Source: Callorhinchus milii
Taxonomy: Eukaryota
Assembly: GCF_018977255.1 (NCBI RefSeq)
Contig: NW_024704742.1
Coordinates: 63,242,001 to 63,306,000, forward strand
Length of the DNA stretch: 64,000 nucleotides
Reading direction: 5' to 3'
This document shows, piece by piece, positions 50,635 to 63,254 of the stretch; position 1 is the stretch's first letter, and each line of letters begins with the position of its first letter. The notes under the pieces are model-generated. The model saw only the letters and a list, made by a program, of their open reading frames with translations. It was not told where the DNA came from and did not search any database. A program made the position numbers and the translations under genes.

Positions 50635-51372
50635 CAACAACAACAACAAGATTACATTAGTATAGCGCCCGGAGGACGTCTCAAGGCGCTGGACATTGTA
50701 TATAATTTCAGAACCGAGCTGTGGTTGGTTAGTGTACAGCATTTCAGAACCGAGCTGGGGTCAGGGGGGGAGAAGGGAGGGGAGGGGAATTCAATGTACA
50801 TCACATACTGAAATACAATAACAAGAAGATTACATTTGTATAGCACCTTTCACGTCGGGAGGACGTCCCAAGCTGCTGGACAGTGTACAGCATTTCAGAC
50901 CCGAGCTGGGGTTGGGGGGGAAGGGAGGGAAGGGGAAGGGGGGTGACCGATGGCATGGTCGAAGAGGAGGGTTTTGAGGTGGGACTTGAAGGAGGCTAAG
51001 GAGGGGGCGAGGCGGAGTGACTGGGGGATGGAATTCCAGAGGTTGGAGGCAGAGTAGCTGAAGGCTCTCCCGCCAATGGTGGGGCGGGTGGGTCGGGGGA
51101 CATGGAGCAAGCCAGAGCCAGCTGAGCGGAGGGAACGGGCGGGTTGGTAGGGGGTTAGGAGGTTGCAAAGGTAGGGTGGGTTGAGGCTATGGAGGGCTAT
51201 GTAGGTGAGGACCAGGATCTTGAACTGGATCCTCCAAAGGATAGGGAGCCAATGGAGTCGGGCGAGAATGGGGGAGATGGGGTCATGGAGCTTGGTGCAG
51301 GAGAGGGCACGGGCTGCAGAGTTCTGGATTAGCTGTAGCCTGTGGAGGGAAGAGTTGGGAAGGCTGACAAGC
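50635..51372 (-). mobile_element. Two adjacent L2 3' ends (50635-50790 and 50815-51372)
   Basis: ORF 50895-51380 LHWLPILWRIQFKILVLTY...FKSHLKTLLF; two (CAA)n tails. Confidence 0.9.
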
Positions 51373-53279
51373 AAATACATTCAGTATTTGGGGCGATCTG
51401 TATATTATAAAGTGAAACAGACTACTGAAATCCGGATGTTAATGTCAGATATTAGCAGCATTTTAAGTAAAGTATAGAATATCAATCATTGCTTTCTCCT
51501 TTATATTTATTTCCAAGTTGTATGCTTTCTGATTGTAGTATCTATGTATTGCAGTGATGCTTACATTTTAACATTTATTGCACTGCTTAATTATAGACTA
51601 CAGTCACATTTATCAATGTAAAGCTTGTTTGTTGCATTAGTGAATGCCATAAAACAAAGATTTGAAGATTTATTGCATTCAATGTCATTTCAGTAACTGT
51701 TAAATTGAATTTCCATTGTTTACCATGAAATGTACCTAAGGTTAATTGCTACATTAATTCAGTTATGCTTATAGCTTTGACCTGGGCTCCTTCCTTTGCA
51801 CCTTAGTTTCAAATGCAATATGATTCCCAAATTGGGAAAAATATTATTATTTAGCTCTCAGGGTACTGGAAGTTGTTTGGGATGCAAACACTATTTATTT
51901 TGAACTTTGAGTATCTGTCTTTGATACTGGTCAAATGGATTATGATGATGCTTTCGGGTGCAGTACATTGCTATGTACCTCACCTGTCTACAACATACAG
52001 TTGCCAATAACATATACCGTCACTAGACTTTACAGTAAATGCTGTGATTTGCTTTAGATTGCCCTCTAATTGTTGATCATGATCCTATATATTCTAATGA
52101 TGAAAACAGAACAGAATCTGCATACTCCCAAGAGATAAACCAGAAGAGCCATTGACCAGAAGACTGACCATCATTTATTTAAGCACTGTTGGCATGAGAC
52201 TGGTTGCTATAATGGTTAAGTCCAGGGTGGATCTTTTGTCTCACCCCACTAGTAATAATAATACTAATCCTTCCATTTGATACAGCGCTTTATCACATAT
52301 TCAAGATGTCTCAAAATGCTCCACAGAATACACTGTAAAATGAATTTACTGTATATTTTGTGGGTGAAATCATTGAGATTGGATTAGTTCTCCACAGAAT
52401 GCAGAATAATAATTTCTATTCCCGGCTTATCATTAATATCAGGTAGTCAATTTACAATACAATTTACTCTTACAAAGCGCCTTTCAGACGTCGGGAGGAT
52501 GTTTCAAAGCGTTTGAAGTCTCAGTGTGCAGAAGCAGAATGATAGAATAAGAATTTTTCCGCACAAGTGAATAGCTATTTGGCTCATCGTGCCTGTGCCA
52601 GCTGTATAAAAGAGCTGTCTTTTTGGTTTCTTTCCCCTGATTTTTCACCATAATGCCTTTTCCTCAGCATAATGTGATCTGCCCAGGTATTTCTGGCTGG
52701 CAGTGAACGACATTTAAATACGTAGTTCACACTCTCTAAAGACATAACTTTCAGCAGTGAAATCAAACTGAAATAAATCAGTGGCAAAAAGTTTGTGAAT
52801 TTTATTCATATTCTATACATATATCCTTGCCCACTGAGGAAGTTCACGGCTGGAAGCCTTGCTCTTCTGCGGACAGATTCTTGCTGCTTCCCTCTTGAGG
52901 AAGAAAGAATTTCAGTCCTCAGAGCGGTTCTAATGAGTGTTTGAGTTGACCTTAACACTGCATAGGAACCAGCAACAGGAAATAATGAGGGGGTGGAGAT
53001 TACCACTGACATGTGGCCTGATTTACATATAATGGCCACAGTAGTGTTATGCCCTGCAGACACCAAGCAAGAAGTGGCAGGTGTTAATGAAGCAGCCAAC
53101 TCACTGTCTACATTGGGTTTAGCCCCAGGATTATTTTATCTCACCATACAACATAAGTTGACCTCTTATGTAAAACCTTAGTCACATAATATGTATCCTG
53201 CAATGTACTAGCTCCCTCTGTTGGCTGCTATGAGTGTAACAAATGAAGAAAACCACATTTTACAATAATAATATGCACT

Positions 53280-53615
53280 TTATTATAATAATAATAATCC
53301 TTGCATTTGACATAGAGCCTTATATCTTTGGGATGTCTCAAAGCACTTCACAGAATATGCTATAAAGTGAATTGACTATATTTTGTAGGCAAAACGTGGC
53401 AGCCAATTGCGTACAGCAGCATCCCACAAAGAATCGTGGATTGAGTGACCAATTTTTTTTGGAAGGAATTATTACCCCCAGAAAAGCAATCCACCAATCA
53501 GCTAACAGCCAGGTTCCTACTTACTGCTAGGTAAACAAAGGCGTGTGGAGTAAGGAAACTTGCTCAACATTTTGCTCTGCCGGGAATCAAACCCAGGTCT
53601 CTTGTTTGCGATGTG
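53280..53615 (-). mobile_element. SINE family A (long form)
   Basis: (AAT)n tail, ccaggttcctacttactgctaggtaaac and ggaatcaaacccaggtctc. Confidence 0.9.
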
Positions 53616-55049
53616 ATAGTGTTTTATCACATTTTCAAGAAGTCTCAAAGCACATCACACCATTTTTGATGGCTTATCTGAAGGACAGCACCTCTAACAA
53701 TTCAGCACTTCCCCAACACTGCATTGAAAGGTCAATCTAGATTGAGTTCTAAGTCCTGACTCGGGGCTTAGAACTCAATCATAATTACGCTGATTTCTTT
53801 TTCAGTGCCAAGACTTGAATTTATTGGTAAGAGAAGTATTATGATAAATGAGACTCCTTATGGTGGTGATGACCTTTCATTGAGAAGTTAAACCTTGTCC
53901 CATCTATCTGTTCATGTGGAGGTTAAAGATTCCATGAACAATTCGAAAAGAGAAGGGTTTTTCTCCTGTTGTCCTAGCCAACAATCCCCCAAATTAAATT
54001 GATCATTCACTTCATCGACATATCATACATTTCTCTTTTCCATACATATTTTGAATATACATACATCTCTCTTTTAAACATCTTTAGATATGTCTTGCAA
54101 CATGTCTAAGGATATTTAAAAGAGAGATGGACAAATACTTGGGTCGTGGGAATATTAAAGAGTATGGCGAATGGTTGAGGCATTAGTATTAAAAAATCTG
54201 ACAAGATTTAATAAGCTAGAGGAGGAACAGGCTGGATGGGCTGAATGACCTCCTTATGTTTCTATTTTCCTTTGTGTCTAACTTAAAATTACTCAAATTA
54301 AGCTCAGGAAAAACAGGCTTGGCCGAGACTGAAAAATAAAAGGCATAGTCATCACCGAATGCAACACTAAAATTTGATATCATTAGATCACAAGATCTTG
54401 ATATCTGATAAAGAAGGACCTTTGGCCCACCTGATCGCATCCCTCTTGAATATCCACCCAACTGTCTTCCCATCACAACACCAAGCTGCTTTTTAAATGA
54501 GTCCCAGTGTCCTGGCCCCAACCAGCTGGTAAATCACACTTTCGAATCTTGCCAGCATTATACTCGCTGGCCTTTGATCGGCTTCTGCTTGAGCTATCCT
54601 CCAGATGTTTAACAGTTCATTCAAAGGACAGCATCTCTGACAATGAAACACACCCCAGCGCTGTATTGGAGTGTCAGCTTTATCGACTATGAGCCCCGGG
54701 CTGGGGGAGCACTACGGAACAGGCGAGAAGTTGGAAGAGGCAGGGGCTCTCGGGGTTAAAATGTGGTGAGATGCAGCTCAGGAGACGATGCAAGAAGAGC
54801 AGGAGGAGGTTGGGCAGAGAGGGCTGAGGGGTGGGAAGAAGCCTGGGGTTATGGGGAGGGAACTGAAGCGATAGGCACTGGGGGAAGATGGTTGGGGTAA
54901 GAGAGGGGAGAAGAGGCCAGGGTTTGGGGAGAAGGTGTTGAAAGAGGATATTTGGAGATAGAGGCCTCTGCAGACCCTCCATTCCTTGAGCAGCATTTCT
55001 GTAGCAGGAGGTACAGGGGTTCATAAGTGGGATTCATTGCCCATTGCCA

Positions 55050-55732
55050 GCAGTAAGACCCTCTGTTTACCTAGCAGTAAGTAGGAACCAACTTGTTAGT
55101 CGATTGGCAGATCGCTTTCCGGGGGTAATAATCCCTCGCCCCCAAAAATTAGGTTACTCAATCCACGACTATTTGTGGCTGCTGTGTTTCGCCCACAAAA
55201 TACACAGTCAATACACTTGTCATACGGCGTTATATCAAATGCAAGGATTATTTTATTATTATTATTTGGAGTCCTGTACTTTAATAGTTAGAGCACTCGC
55301 TTCACAAGCGAGCGGACTTGGGTTCAATTCCCGGGCAGGGTGAAACATTGGGCAAGTTTCCATACTCCACATACCCCTGTTTACCTAGCAGTAAATAAGA
55401 ACCCAGTTGTTAATTGATTGGTGGATCACTTTTCCGGGGGTAATAATCCCCACAAATAAAATTAAGTGACCAAATTATTATTATTAATTATAAAAATTAT
55501 AAAATTTAAATTAATAATAATATTAATTTGGTCACTTAATCACTGCTGTGTGCAATTGGCTGTCACGTTTTTGGTTCTGATGAATCACATCAGGAGTCTC
55601 AGTTTGACATTGCTTGTCGCCACAAAATATACAGTCACTACACTTTACAGAATATCCTGTGAAGCAGTTTGAGACGTCTCGAAGACGCGATAAGACGCTA
55701 CATCAAATGCAAGAATTAGTATAATTATTATC
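55050..55732 (+). mobile_element. Two tandem SINE family A copies (55050-55266 truncated; 55268-55732 full length)
   Basis: Second head ggagtcctgtac...gggttcaattcccgggcaggg; both end in atcaaatgcaag. Confidence 0.85.
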
Positions 55733-56324
55733 ACTGAGCTAGGCTGACACACAATTCCAATACAAAGCAATAGGAAACTGCTTACATAATTGAGAACTAA
55801 CAGGTTGGCAGTTGACACTGCACAGAAGAAGCTTTGGATTCAGCCCAAGACTCAGGAGTTCTAACTGCACTACAGGAGCTGAAGTGCAGACAGCTGTTAC
55901 ATCAGATAATAATTCTGTCAAAGAAAGAGACTCTCATATCAGTGACTTTGACTGAGATGTGGGGACTAGTGGAATTAATCAGACAATTGGGAGAAGATTA
56001 TATTTACCCCAAGCAAATTTGAAATTGTCTCAATTCACAGCTTTATTTCACTTACATTTGAGAAAAAAATTGTTTTCATTGTTGTAACATATTTGCAAAT
56101 TAACACACAGAACGGCTTCAGCTTCTCTCTTTTTTATTTTTGTTCTGAGATTCAAATAGTATTTATCTTCTTCATACAGTTAAAAATGTCTTGTTTTATG
56201 CAATTAAAAAACACAGTCATTATCTCTTGATTATATATCCAGCAGAGAGATGTTCTCCTGGTGTGAAAGGCACAATACCAACTGCAAGGATTATATTATT
56301 AATCTTTAAATCGGATTTAATGCC

Positions 56325-56826
56325 CTATGTGGAGGTCTCAGCAGTCCGGTTCCTGAGAGAGGCACATCTGCACTATTCCAGGGCATTGCCGACGACAGCA
56401 CAGACAGCCTGGTTCATCAGCAAGACCTGGAAGAGCAGACCGGTCACTGGGGGCACAGAATCATCCCACTCAGCTCCTGTTAACTCTGCAAGCCAAAGCC
56501 CTAACGGGTAAGGTGGTCCTAAGTGGACAAGCAGCAGGAAAACTTGCCAGACAGTGATATTAATGGCAAGCTATGTGGTTTTAGCTGGTTAGACTCCAGC
56601 AGTACCCCAATGCCCACTCTGAGGACCCCAAGCCTTGGCAATTGCCAACCTACATATAATGCCCTCCAGAATAAGCAGGATGTGTCCCTCTCGGAAGACA
56701 CTGTGCATTCCATTCCAACAATCTACAGCTTTATATCCAATGTGTAAGGAAATTTCAGTTTGTTTTGGATACTCTTAAGCATGGTGATGGGTTTCCGCGA
56801 GTGTCAGACACCCTGACCAAAAAAAA
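56325..56826 (+). mobile_element. Family X 3' region, most complete copy
   Basis: Colinear with 4605-5120. Ends GTCAG-acacc-CTGAC hairpin plus an A8 tail. Confidence 0.9.
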
Positions 56827-57034
56827 TCTTTAAATCAGTCCTGTATCTCAGAACTTTGTTTCTCCTTTACCAATGTCAGTTACAATAAATCATGCTTATT
56901 GATATGATGCTTTCTACTGCCTGAAAATACTTAGTGTATAATGAGGCAGTCCCATTACAACAAAGGGAAGCTCTTCCACCTTGTATTTGCACTGAACCGC
57001 CGAAAAAAGGTTACGCATCCTTAACTCTTGAATG

Positions 57035-57393
57035 CAACCACCTAACCCCCTACCAACCTGCCCACACCCTCCGCTCAGCGGGCTCCAGCCTGTGTCACGT
57101 CCCTTGCCTCGGCCGCCCCACCATTGGCAGGTGGGTCCTCAGCCACTCTACCCCCACCCTCTGGAACTCCATCCCACAGTCCCTCCGCCTCGCCCCTCCT
57201 TTGCCTCCTTCAAGACCTATCTCAAGACCCTCCTCTTCAACCGTGCTTTAAATCACCCTCCTTCTCCCCTGCCCTCCACCCTCCCCAATCCCGACCTCCA
57301 GCTCGGGTCCGAAACACTGACTGTCCATCACCTTGGGAAGTCCTCCCAATGTGAAAAGTGCCATACAAATATAATTTTGTTATTGTTGTTGTT
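57035..57393 (+). mobile_element. L2 3' fragment
   Basis: LTPYQPAHTLRSAGS...TLWNSIPQSLRLAP; (TTG)n tail. Confidence 0.9.
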
Positions 57394-58090
57394 GCTTTAT
57401 CACATTGTTGAAATGTCTCAAAGTGTATATATTGTAAAATGGATTTGCTATGTATTTTGTGGGCAAAATACAGCAGCCAATTGCCTACAACAACCACAAC
57501 AGCAACAAGATTACACTTGTATAGCGCCTTTCATGTCGGGAGGACGTCCCAAGGCACTGAATAATAATCCTTGCATTTTAATATAGCGCTTTTCACGTCT
57601 TCTAGACATCTCAAAGCACTTCGCAGAATATACTATAAAGTGAATTGACTGTATATTTGTGGGTGAAACGCGGCAGCCAATTGCGCACAGCAATGTCCCA
57701 CAAACAGTCGTAGATTGAAGTGACCAAATTATTATTTTTTTCTTGAGGGATTATTATCAGGCATGTGGAGTAAGGAAACTTTCCCAAGGTTTCGCCCTGT
57801 CAGGAATCGAATCCAGGTCTCTCACTTGTAAGGCGAGTGAGTGCTCTAACCACTGAGCTACAGGCCTCCATACACCAGTGTCCCACAAACAGCCATGGAG
57901 TGAGTGCCAATTTTATTTTGGGGACTTATTGGCCAGAACACCAAGAGAAACTTCCTTCACTTTTTCAATAGTGCCATGAGATCTTTAACATCCACCTGAA
58001 CGGGCAGACGGGACTTCAGTTTCAGGTTTCATCACCGACAATGCAACACACCTCCAACACTGCATTTGAGTGTCACTTTAGACTATGTGT
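57394..58090 (-). mobile_element. SINE family B split by a nested L2 tail (~57490-57559) and SINE A short subfamily copy (57560-57870)
   Basis: SINE B tail 57394-57489; body resumes at ~57871 with the Deu core. SINE A head reads ...ctgagctacaggcctcca. Confidence 0.8.
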
Positions 58091-58724
58091 GTGCAAGTCG
58101 CTACATAGGATAACAACACAATACAAATTTATATTTATACAGCGCCTTTCATGACGGGAAGACGTCTCAAGACACTTGACAGTCCTGGCTTGACACCCGA
58201 GCTGGGTATGGAAGCTGGATGGAGCGGGGGAGAGTGAGGAAAGATGACCTATGGCACGGTCAAAGAGAAAGATATTGAGACAAACCTTGAAAGATAACCC
58301 AGAATCCCTTTATTTTCTAAGACCATGGTTTGTTTTTAAAATGGAGTGAAACCGTTGTTAAAGGTATCATTGTGAATCAGGGTAGGTTTAACAATAAAAG
58401 GGTTCCTTTGTGAGCCTATTTTATTGTGCAGAGAGACAGCAATAGGATATAAATGTGAAATGTTGATATTTCGAGGGAGGTAATGCTCAGCATGGTGTGA
58501 TCCAAAAACTCACAATAAAGTATCTCATCTCTAAAATGTGTTAGTTATTTTTGTGCAAAAGTAGACGCTACATTTATATATCGTCTTTCACACTAGGGGG
58601 ACCTCTTAAAGCACTTCACATAAGTGGCTGGGCACTCAAACTATGGTTGGGGGAGAGGGACCTGAGGAGGGTTGGTTGGGGTGGGGTGATAGTAAGTAAT
58701 ATGATTATCTGAGTTTGATGCCAC

Positions 58725-58965
58725 TGTAGGTCCAAGGTATTTCATGGGCACTGCTGATGACAGCAAATTCAGCATGGCTCATCAGCAGGACTTGGAAGCC
58801 AGACTGATACCTGGAGTCAGAGATTCTTCCCAATTGGCTCCTATTAACCTTGCAAACCATTCCCATGTATAGGTGTCACACATGGAATTCATAGTCTCAT
58901 TTAAATACTCTTAACCATGATCGTGGGATGTCGCATGTATCAGTCACCTAGCCGATCCAAAAAAA
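58725..58965 (+). mobile_element. Family X 3' region, diverged deleted copy
   Basis: gggcactgctgatgacagc...ggctcatcagcaggacttggaag; ends gccgatccaaaaaaa. Confidence 0.75.
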
Positions 58966-59299
58966 TTATATTCACTACAAAAAAAACTGCTCAGAATACA
59001 TGTGGTTTAATCACTACATTTTCTGTTGTGAACAATGCCACCTAATAAAGATAACATAACGGCAAATTTCTTGTAAGAACAAATCATTCCAAACATTACA
59101 TTAGAAAAGTACTTTTGTGGAAGATTACTGCAGTCAATTGGTAATATGCTGGAGGCTTATGCAAGATTAAGTTGGTATTACAAACATGTACTTCACTTAT
59201 GACCCTAATCAGCTATCAGTAGAAGGGAAATTTCTATAGTCATCCTTGAGGGGGATTTGAATTGAGGACATCCAAGGCATTTGCTATGAGAAAGCAATG

Positions 59300-59515
59300 T
59301 CACTTTTATTGCCTCTCCCTGGTTAAGCTGAGAAGGTGGTGGTGGGGTCTACTCTTTAATCAGCTGTAGTTCTTGTGTGCATTTGCTATGGTATTGGTTA
59401 GGGATTTCCAAGTTTGATCCAGCACCAGTGAAGCTCAGGTCCAAGTCAGGATAATGAGGGGAGCATGGATATGGAGGGGAACTTGGAGGTGGTTGTGTTC
59501 TCATTATGCTGTTCC
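59300..59515 (-). mobile_element. 3' fragment of another CR1/L2-group LINE
   Basis: gctgagaaggtggtggtg...ccaagtcaggat...ggaggggaacttggaggtgg. Reverse complement gives SFTGAGS, resembling the SF...G...WNSLP end motif. Confidence 0.5.
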
Positions 59516-61019
59516 AAGAATAGCCCCTAACCTCTGGAACTCCCTGCCTCATTCCCTTTGCCTCGCCCCTCTTTATCTATCGTTAAATCTCATTTGAAAA
59601 CCTGCACTTTTGATCACGCTTATGATCACTTCCCCCTTCTCTTTCTCCCTTGCTCAGAGTTCACACCCGTCACTGTGCAGTGCTCCGAGACACTATCCTA
59701 CGTGAAAGGTGCTATAGAAATGCAAGTTGTATTTGGATATTGCAGGTCACAGGGCAGGGAAGTACTGTCAAAGCAGGGATGAATAAAATAAATCATCAAT
59801 GGTTAAATCGGACAGTGCATATTAACAATACAGGCAAAGAAAATTATTGAGACCAGGGGATCCAAATGAGAATTAGGAGGAACTACTTCAGGCAGAGGAT
59901 AATAAGATGTGCAGTTCACTGCACTGAATTATAAATCTTTTGTGAATCTTGGTAAATGAATAAGCAAGCGTTGGGAAATAAATAAAATGTAATTGTCTCT
60001 TTAAATGGTAAGGAATTGACGCAATATTTTTAAAGCAAGTGAGATATTATTCCAGAAAGATTGCAAAACAATAGTCTCAGGACAAAATAAATCAGGATGT
60101 CTGGATAAACCAAATAGATGCTCAAGCCACTGTACAGCTATATCGGTGGCATTGCATTATATAAAACACAGCTTCCAAAATAACCTGCATTTTTTCATTA
60201 TTTTCACAACTGTCAACAAATATCTAATTGTGCCATGTAAAATGACATCTCATTAACATCTGCTTAACAGCTTGAATCAACAGCAATAAATTCAACAGCA
60301 GCTTTGGTGGCGAGTAATTAGCAGTAATTAAAGAATCCATAAAACGCAGCGCTTATTATAGCTGCGTTTGCATTTCACATAAATCTGCAAGAAGCTACAG
60401 GGAAAAGATCAAATACATACAGCTGCTGCTGAACTCAGAAGCTCCATCTCGAGAACAAATATCATTTTTAAAACAGTATTTTAAAGTGATTCATTTTTTC
60501 ATTCATCCAACTGCTGATTCACTCCTCTCTTTCTTAACTCTTAGCCGGTTGGTCCCTATTTGAATGAAGATTGCGACCATTCAGGTAACGACCACAAGGT
60601 GCGTGGCCAAACAGTTGCAGATGAAGTAACTCGAATGAAGCATTTCCTGTTTTAAGAACTCTAAAAATAACTTGAATTTACATCCAAAATCAACTTGCAT
60701 TTGTATTACACCCTTCAGGTGGGGTAGAGTCTCGGAGCGTTTTTCATTCAATAATAAACGTTTCTAAACACTTTAACAAAATATATTTGATTAGAAATAA
60801 AAGTAGATATTGTTATCAGCCCCTCCACATTAACCCCTCTTTGTACATTTTCAGATCATACCTGATGTCCTTTCTCTTCGATCATGCCTGCAATCATCTC
60901 CCCTCTCTCCCTGCCTCGCCATCAAGATCCATCAGTGTCAAGCATTCCATGACTGTATCCCACGTGAAGAGCGCTATATAAACAACAACTTTGTTGTTAT
61001 TGTTCTCCATCATTTTAGC

Positions 61020-61290
61020 TTCCCTCTGCCTCTGTTCTGAATGGCTTCTCATCCTTGTCGAATGCACCTGCACTTCACCCCCTTCTTGCTCTATCTCCAC
61101 TGACTTCTCTTCTCTCCTCTCCTCTCACAGCCTCTCCCTTCATATCCACTCCGCCACCCATGTCCATGGCCACCCACTCGATTTGGTGATTTCCCAGGCC
61201 TAAGTGTCTCAGCCCTCACCATCATCGACAAAGCCATCTCGGCCCACTGCTTGAGCTCCGTTAACTTCTCAATACCTCTCCCATCCATCA
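61020..61290 (+). mobile_element. L2 endonuclease fragment
   Basis: SLCLCSEWLLIL...ATHVHGHPLDLVIS...IIDKAIS; homologous to 25790-26010. Confidence 0.85.
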
Positions 61291-61339
61291 GTCTGAAAAG
61301 GTTGGGAGGTGATTAAAGGCACAGTCAAAGAAGAATTTT

Positions 61340-61672
61340 CTTTCGATCAGCTGGGTATCTGACACATGCAGAGAGCCATCACCGTACTTAAGAGCTACCA
61401 AACCAAACTGAGAACTCTGTGTGTCTCACCTATACATGGAAATTCCAGTGATGTTTATTGGAATGGAATGCAAACTCTCTCTCTGGAGGGAATATTCCTG
61501 TTTACCTAATTCCAAAATGTATTAGATACAGATTGGCAAGAGTCAAGGCTTGGGGACCCCAGAGTGTGTGTTGGCATACTGCTGGAGTCTAACCAGCTAA
61601 AACCACATAGCTTGGCATTGAGAGCACTGCTTGGCAAGCTTTTCCGCTGCTTGTCTAGCTAGGATCACCCCA
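61340..61672 (-). mobile_element. Family X 3' end copy
   Basis: tcagctgggtatctgacac...ggcttggggaccccagag...gcttgtctagctagg. Confidence 0.85.
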
Positions 61673-61799
61673 GAGGAAAGACTTCCAGTGTGATTTGAAG
61701 ATGGGCAAAGAGGGGGCAAGATGGAAGGATTGAGGCAAGGAGTCCTAGAGATTTACAGCATGGTAATTTGGTAATTTGTACCAACAATGCCCCCAAAAT

Positions 61800-62237
61800 C
61801 AATCTTGAGATAAAAACAGAAGCAGATCAGGCAGCATCTACGGAGAAAGGAAAGTGAGTCAACATTTCAGGTCCACGACCCTTCGTCAGAACTGGGGTAT
61901 TTTGGGAGGGAGAGGCTTTTAAGGCCTAACAGAGAGTGGGAAGGCAGGGCAAGAAGACAAAGGAGAAAATTGGGTAGAAGACAGAGGATCAGCGCAAGCA
62001 CAAGGAATAGCACCTCATCTATCTGCTAGAGATCTTACAGCCCTCTGGCCTCAATGTTGATTTCAATAATTTCAGACCATAATAGCTCACCTTCCTTATC
62101 CCCATTTTCTGTGACCATTACCACATCATCTGGGTCCCAGACACATCTTTTTTCTCTCTGATCTGCCTATTTTGTTGCAATTTCCCCCCCTCCCCCCTTG
62201 TTTTTGTTTTGGATTTCCAGCATCTGCAGTATTTAGC
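61800..62237. mobile_element. Penelope-like element: inverted pseudo-LTR (minus strand, ~61800-61975) abutting a plus-strand ORF end and 3' region
   Basis: 61981-62082 translates to TEDQRKHKE*HLIYLLEILQPSGLNVDFNNFRP* (GIY-YIG C-terminal E..LI..L....P.GLN motif). Ends gatttccagcatctgcagtattt. Confidence 0.8.
61854..61896 (-). ncRNA. Degenerate minimal type I hammerhead ribozyme motif
   Basis: Reverse complement reads cagtt-CTGACGA-agggtc gtg gacct-GAAA-tgtt-gact: core boxes, stem II and stem I pairing (agtt/gact with a G-U). Confidence 0.65.
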
Positions 62238-63254
62238 ATTTTGTCAATATTGAGATACGTAACCAATTAATTTGAATTTGGGAGTATATTTTGATTTGTT
62301 TTGTTTGGTCATTCACTTCAGGATTGTTTGTCACTTCATTGCTCATTGCTGTGGGCAAATTGACTGCCGAGTTCACCTGCAAATATGCAAGCACTAAACA
62401 GTAACTCCTGTGAAGCAGTTTGAGACATTTCAATGGCAGAATTACATAGAATGATACATAGAATGATACATAGAATGGAACATGCTATTCAGTCCAACTA
62501 GTCCATGCAAGTGTTTATATGTTATAGGTCTCAAGCACTCTGAGACTCCACCCGGTGTGGAGGGTGCTATATAAATGCAAGTTGTTGTTGTTGTTACTCA
62601 ATAATATGATACTGTGCTGTATGAAATGCAAGGATTATTATTATAAAATGACAAGTGGCTTTGATAGAGTAAATTTGACTTTTTAGTTAAACAAATCTGT
62701 ACGAAAATATGTATTACTATAAACTTCACTATTACAAGCTCTGTAATTTCAGTGCTAGTTATGCCATTATATCTTACATTTTCACAACAAATTTATTTCT
62801 ATGATGGGAAAAGGATTGATTTCATAGAGAATTGTAATACACCAAAACTCTGCATGGATTCCAATAATTAGATTTCAGTCAAACATTGTTTTCAGCATCT
62901 TTTTAGTTTGGCTTTGAAACAATCTATTTTACAAGAATGAAGTAAAGATGCCCACAGCTTGCAGTTAATAGAAGCATTATATTACCCATGTTGGTTCACC
63001 TGAGGGAATTTCAGTCTTGGATCAAATCCTTTCATTCATTTAGTGCTTAGGGCTTGCAACCATAATTAGTACATAAGCCAAGCAACCAGTGGGCAAAGAG
63101 ACAAGTACAAAGAAATACAAAGAATGAACTGTTCCAATCAGGTTACAAGTTACAGTTTTGTTTGGCTCAGTCTGTTCATACCCACTCCAATGCCTACTCC
63201 CTTCATTCAGCAGATACAGGCCTGTTGCGTATCCGATTGGAACCATCAAGAGCC

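Noticed and set aside
54700..55020. GA-rich segment, possibly an L2 5' region or another retroelement
   Set aside because: Composition fits, but no diagnostic motif could be assigned.
58751..58790. CTGATGA in the family X 3' region as a hammerhead core
   Set aside because: It is base-paired in a hairpin with TCATCAG, and no GAAA box follows.
62444..62480. 12-bp tandem acatagaatgat, and a 17-bp tandem at ~18435-18468, as CRISPR-like arrays
   Set aside because: No spacers. These are a CR1-type tail repeat and a simple duplication.
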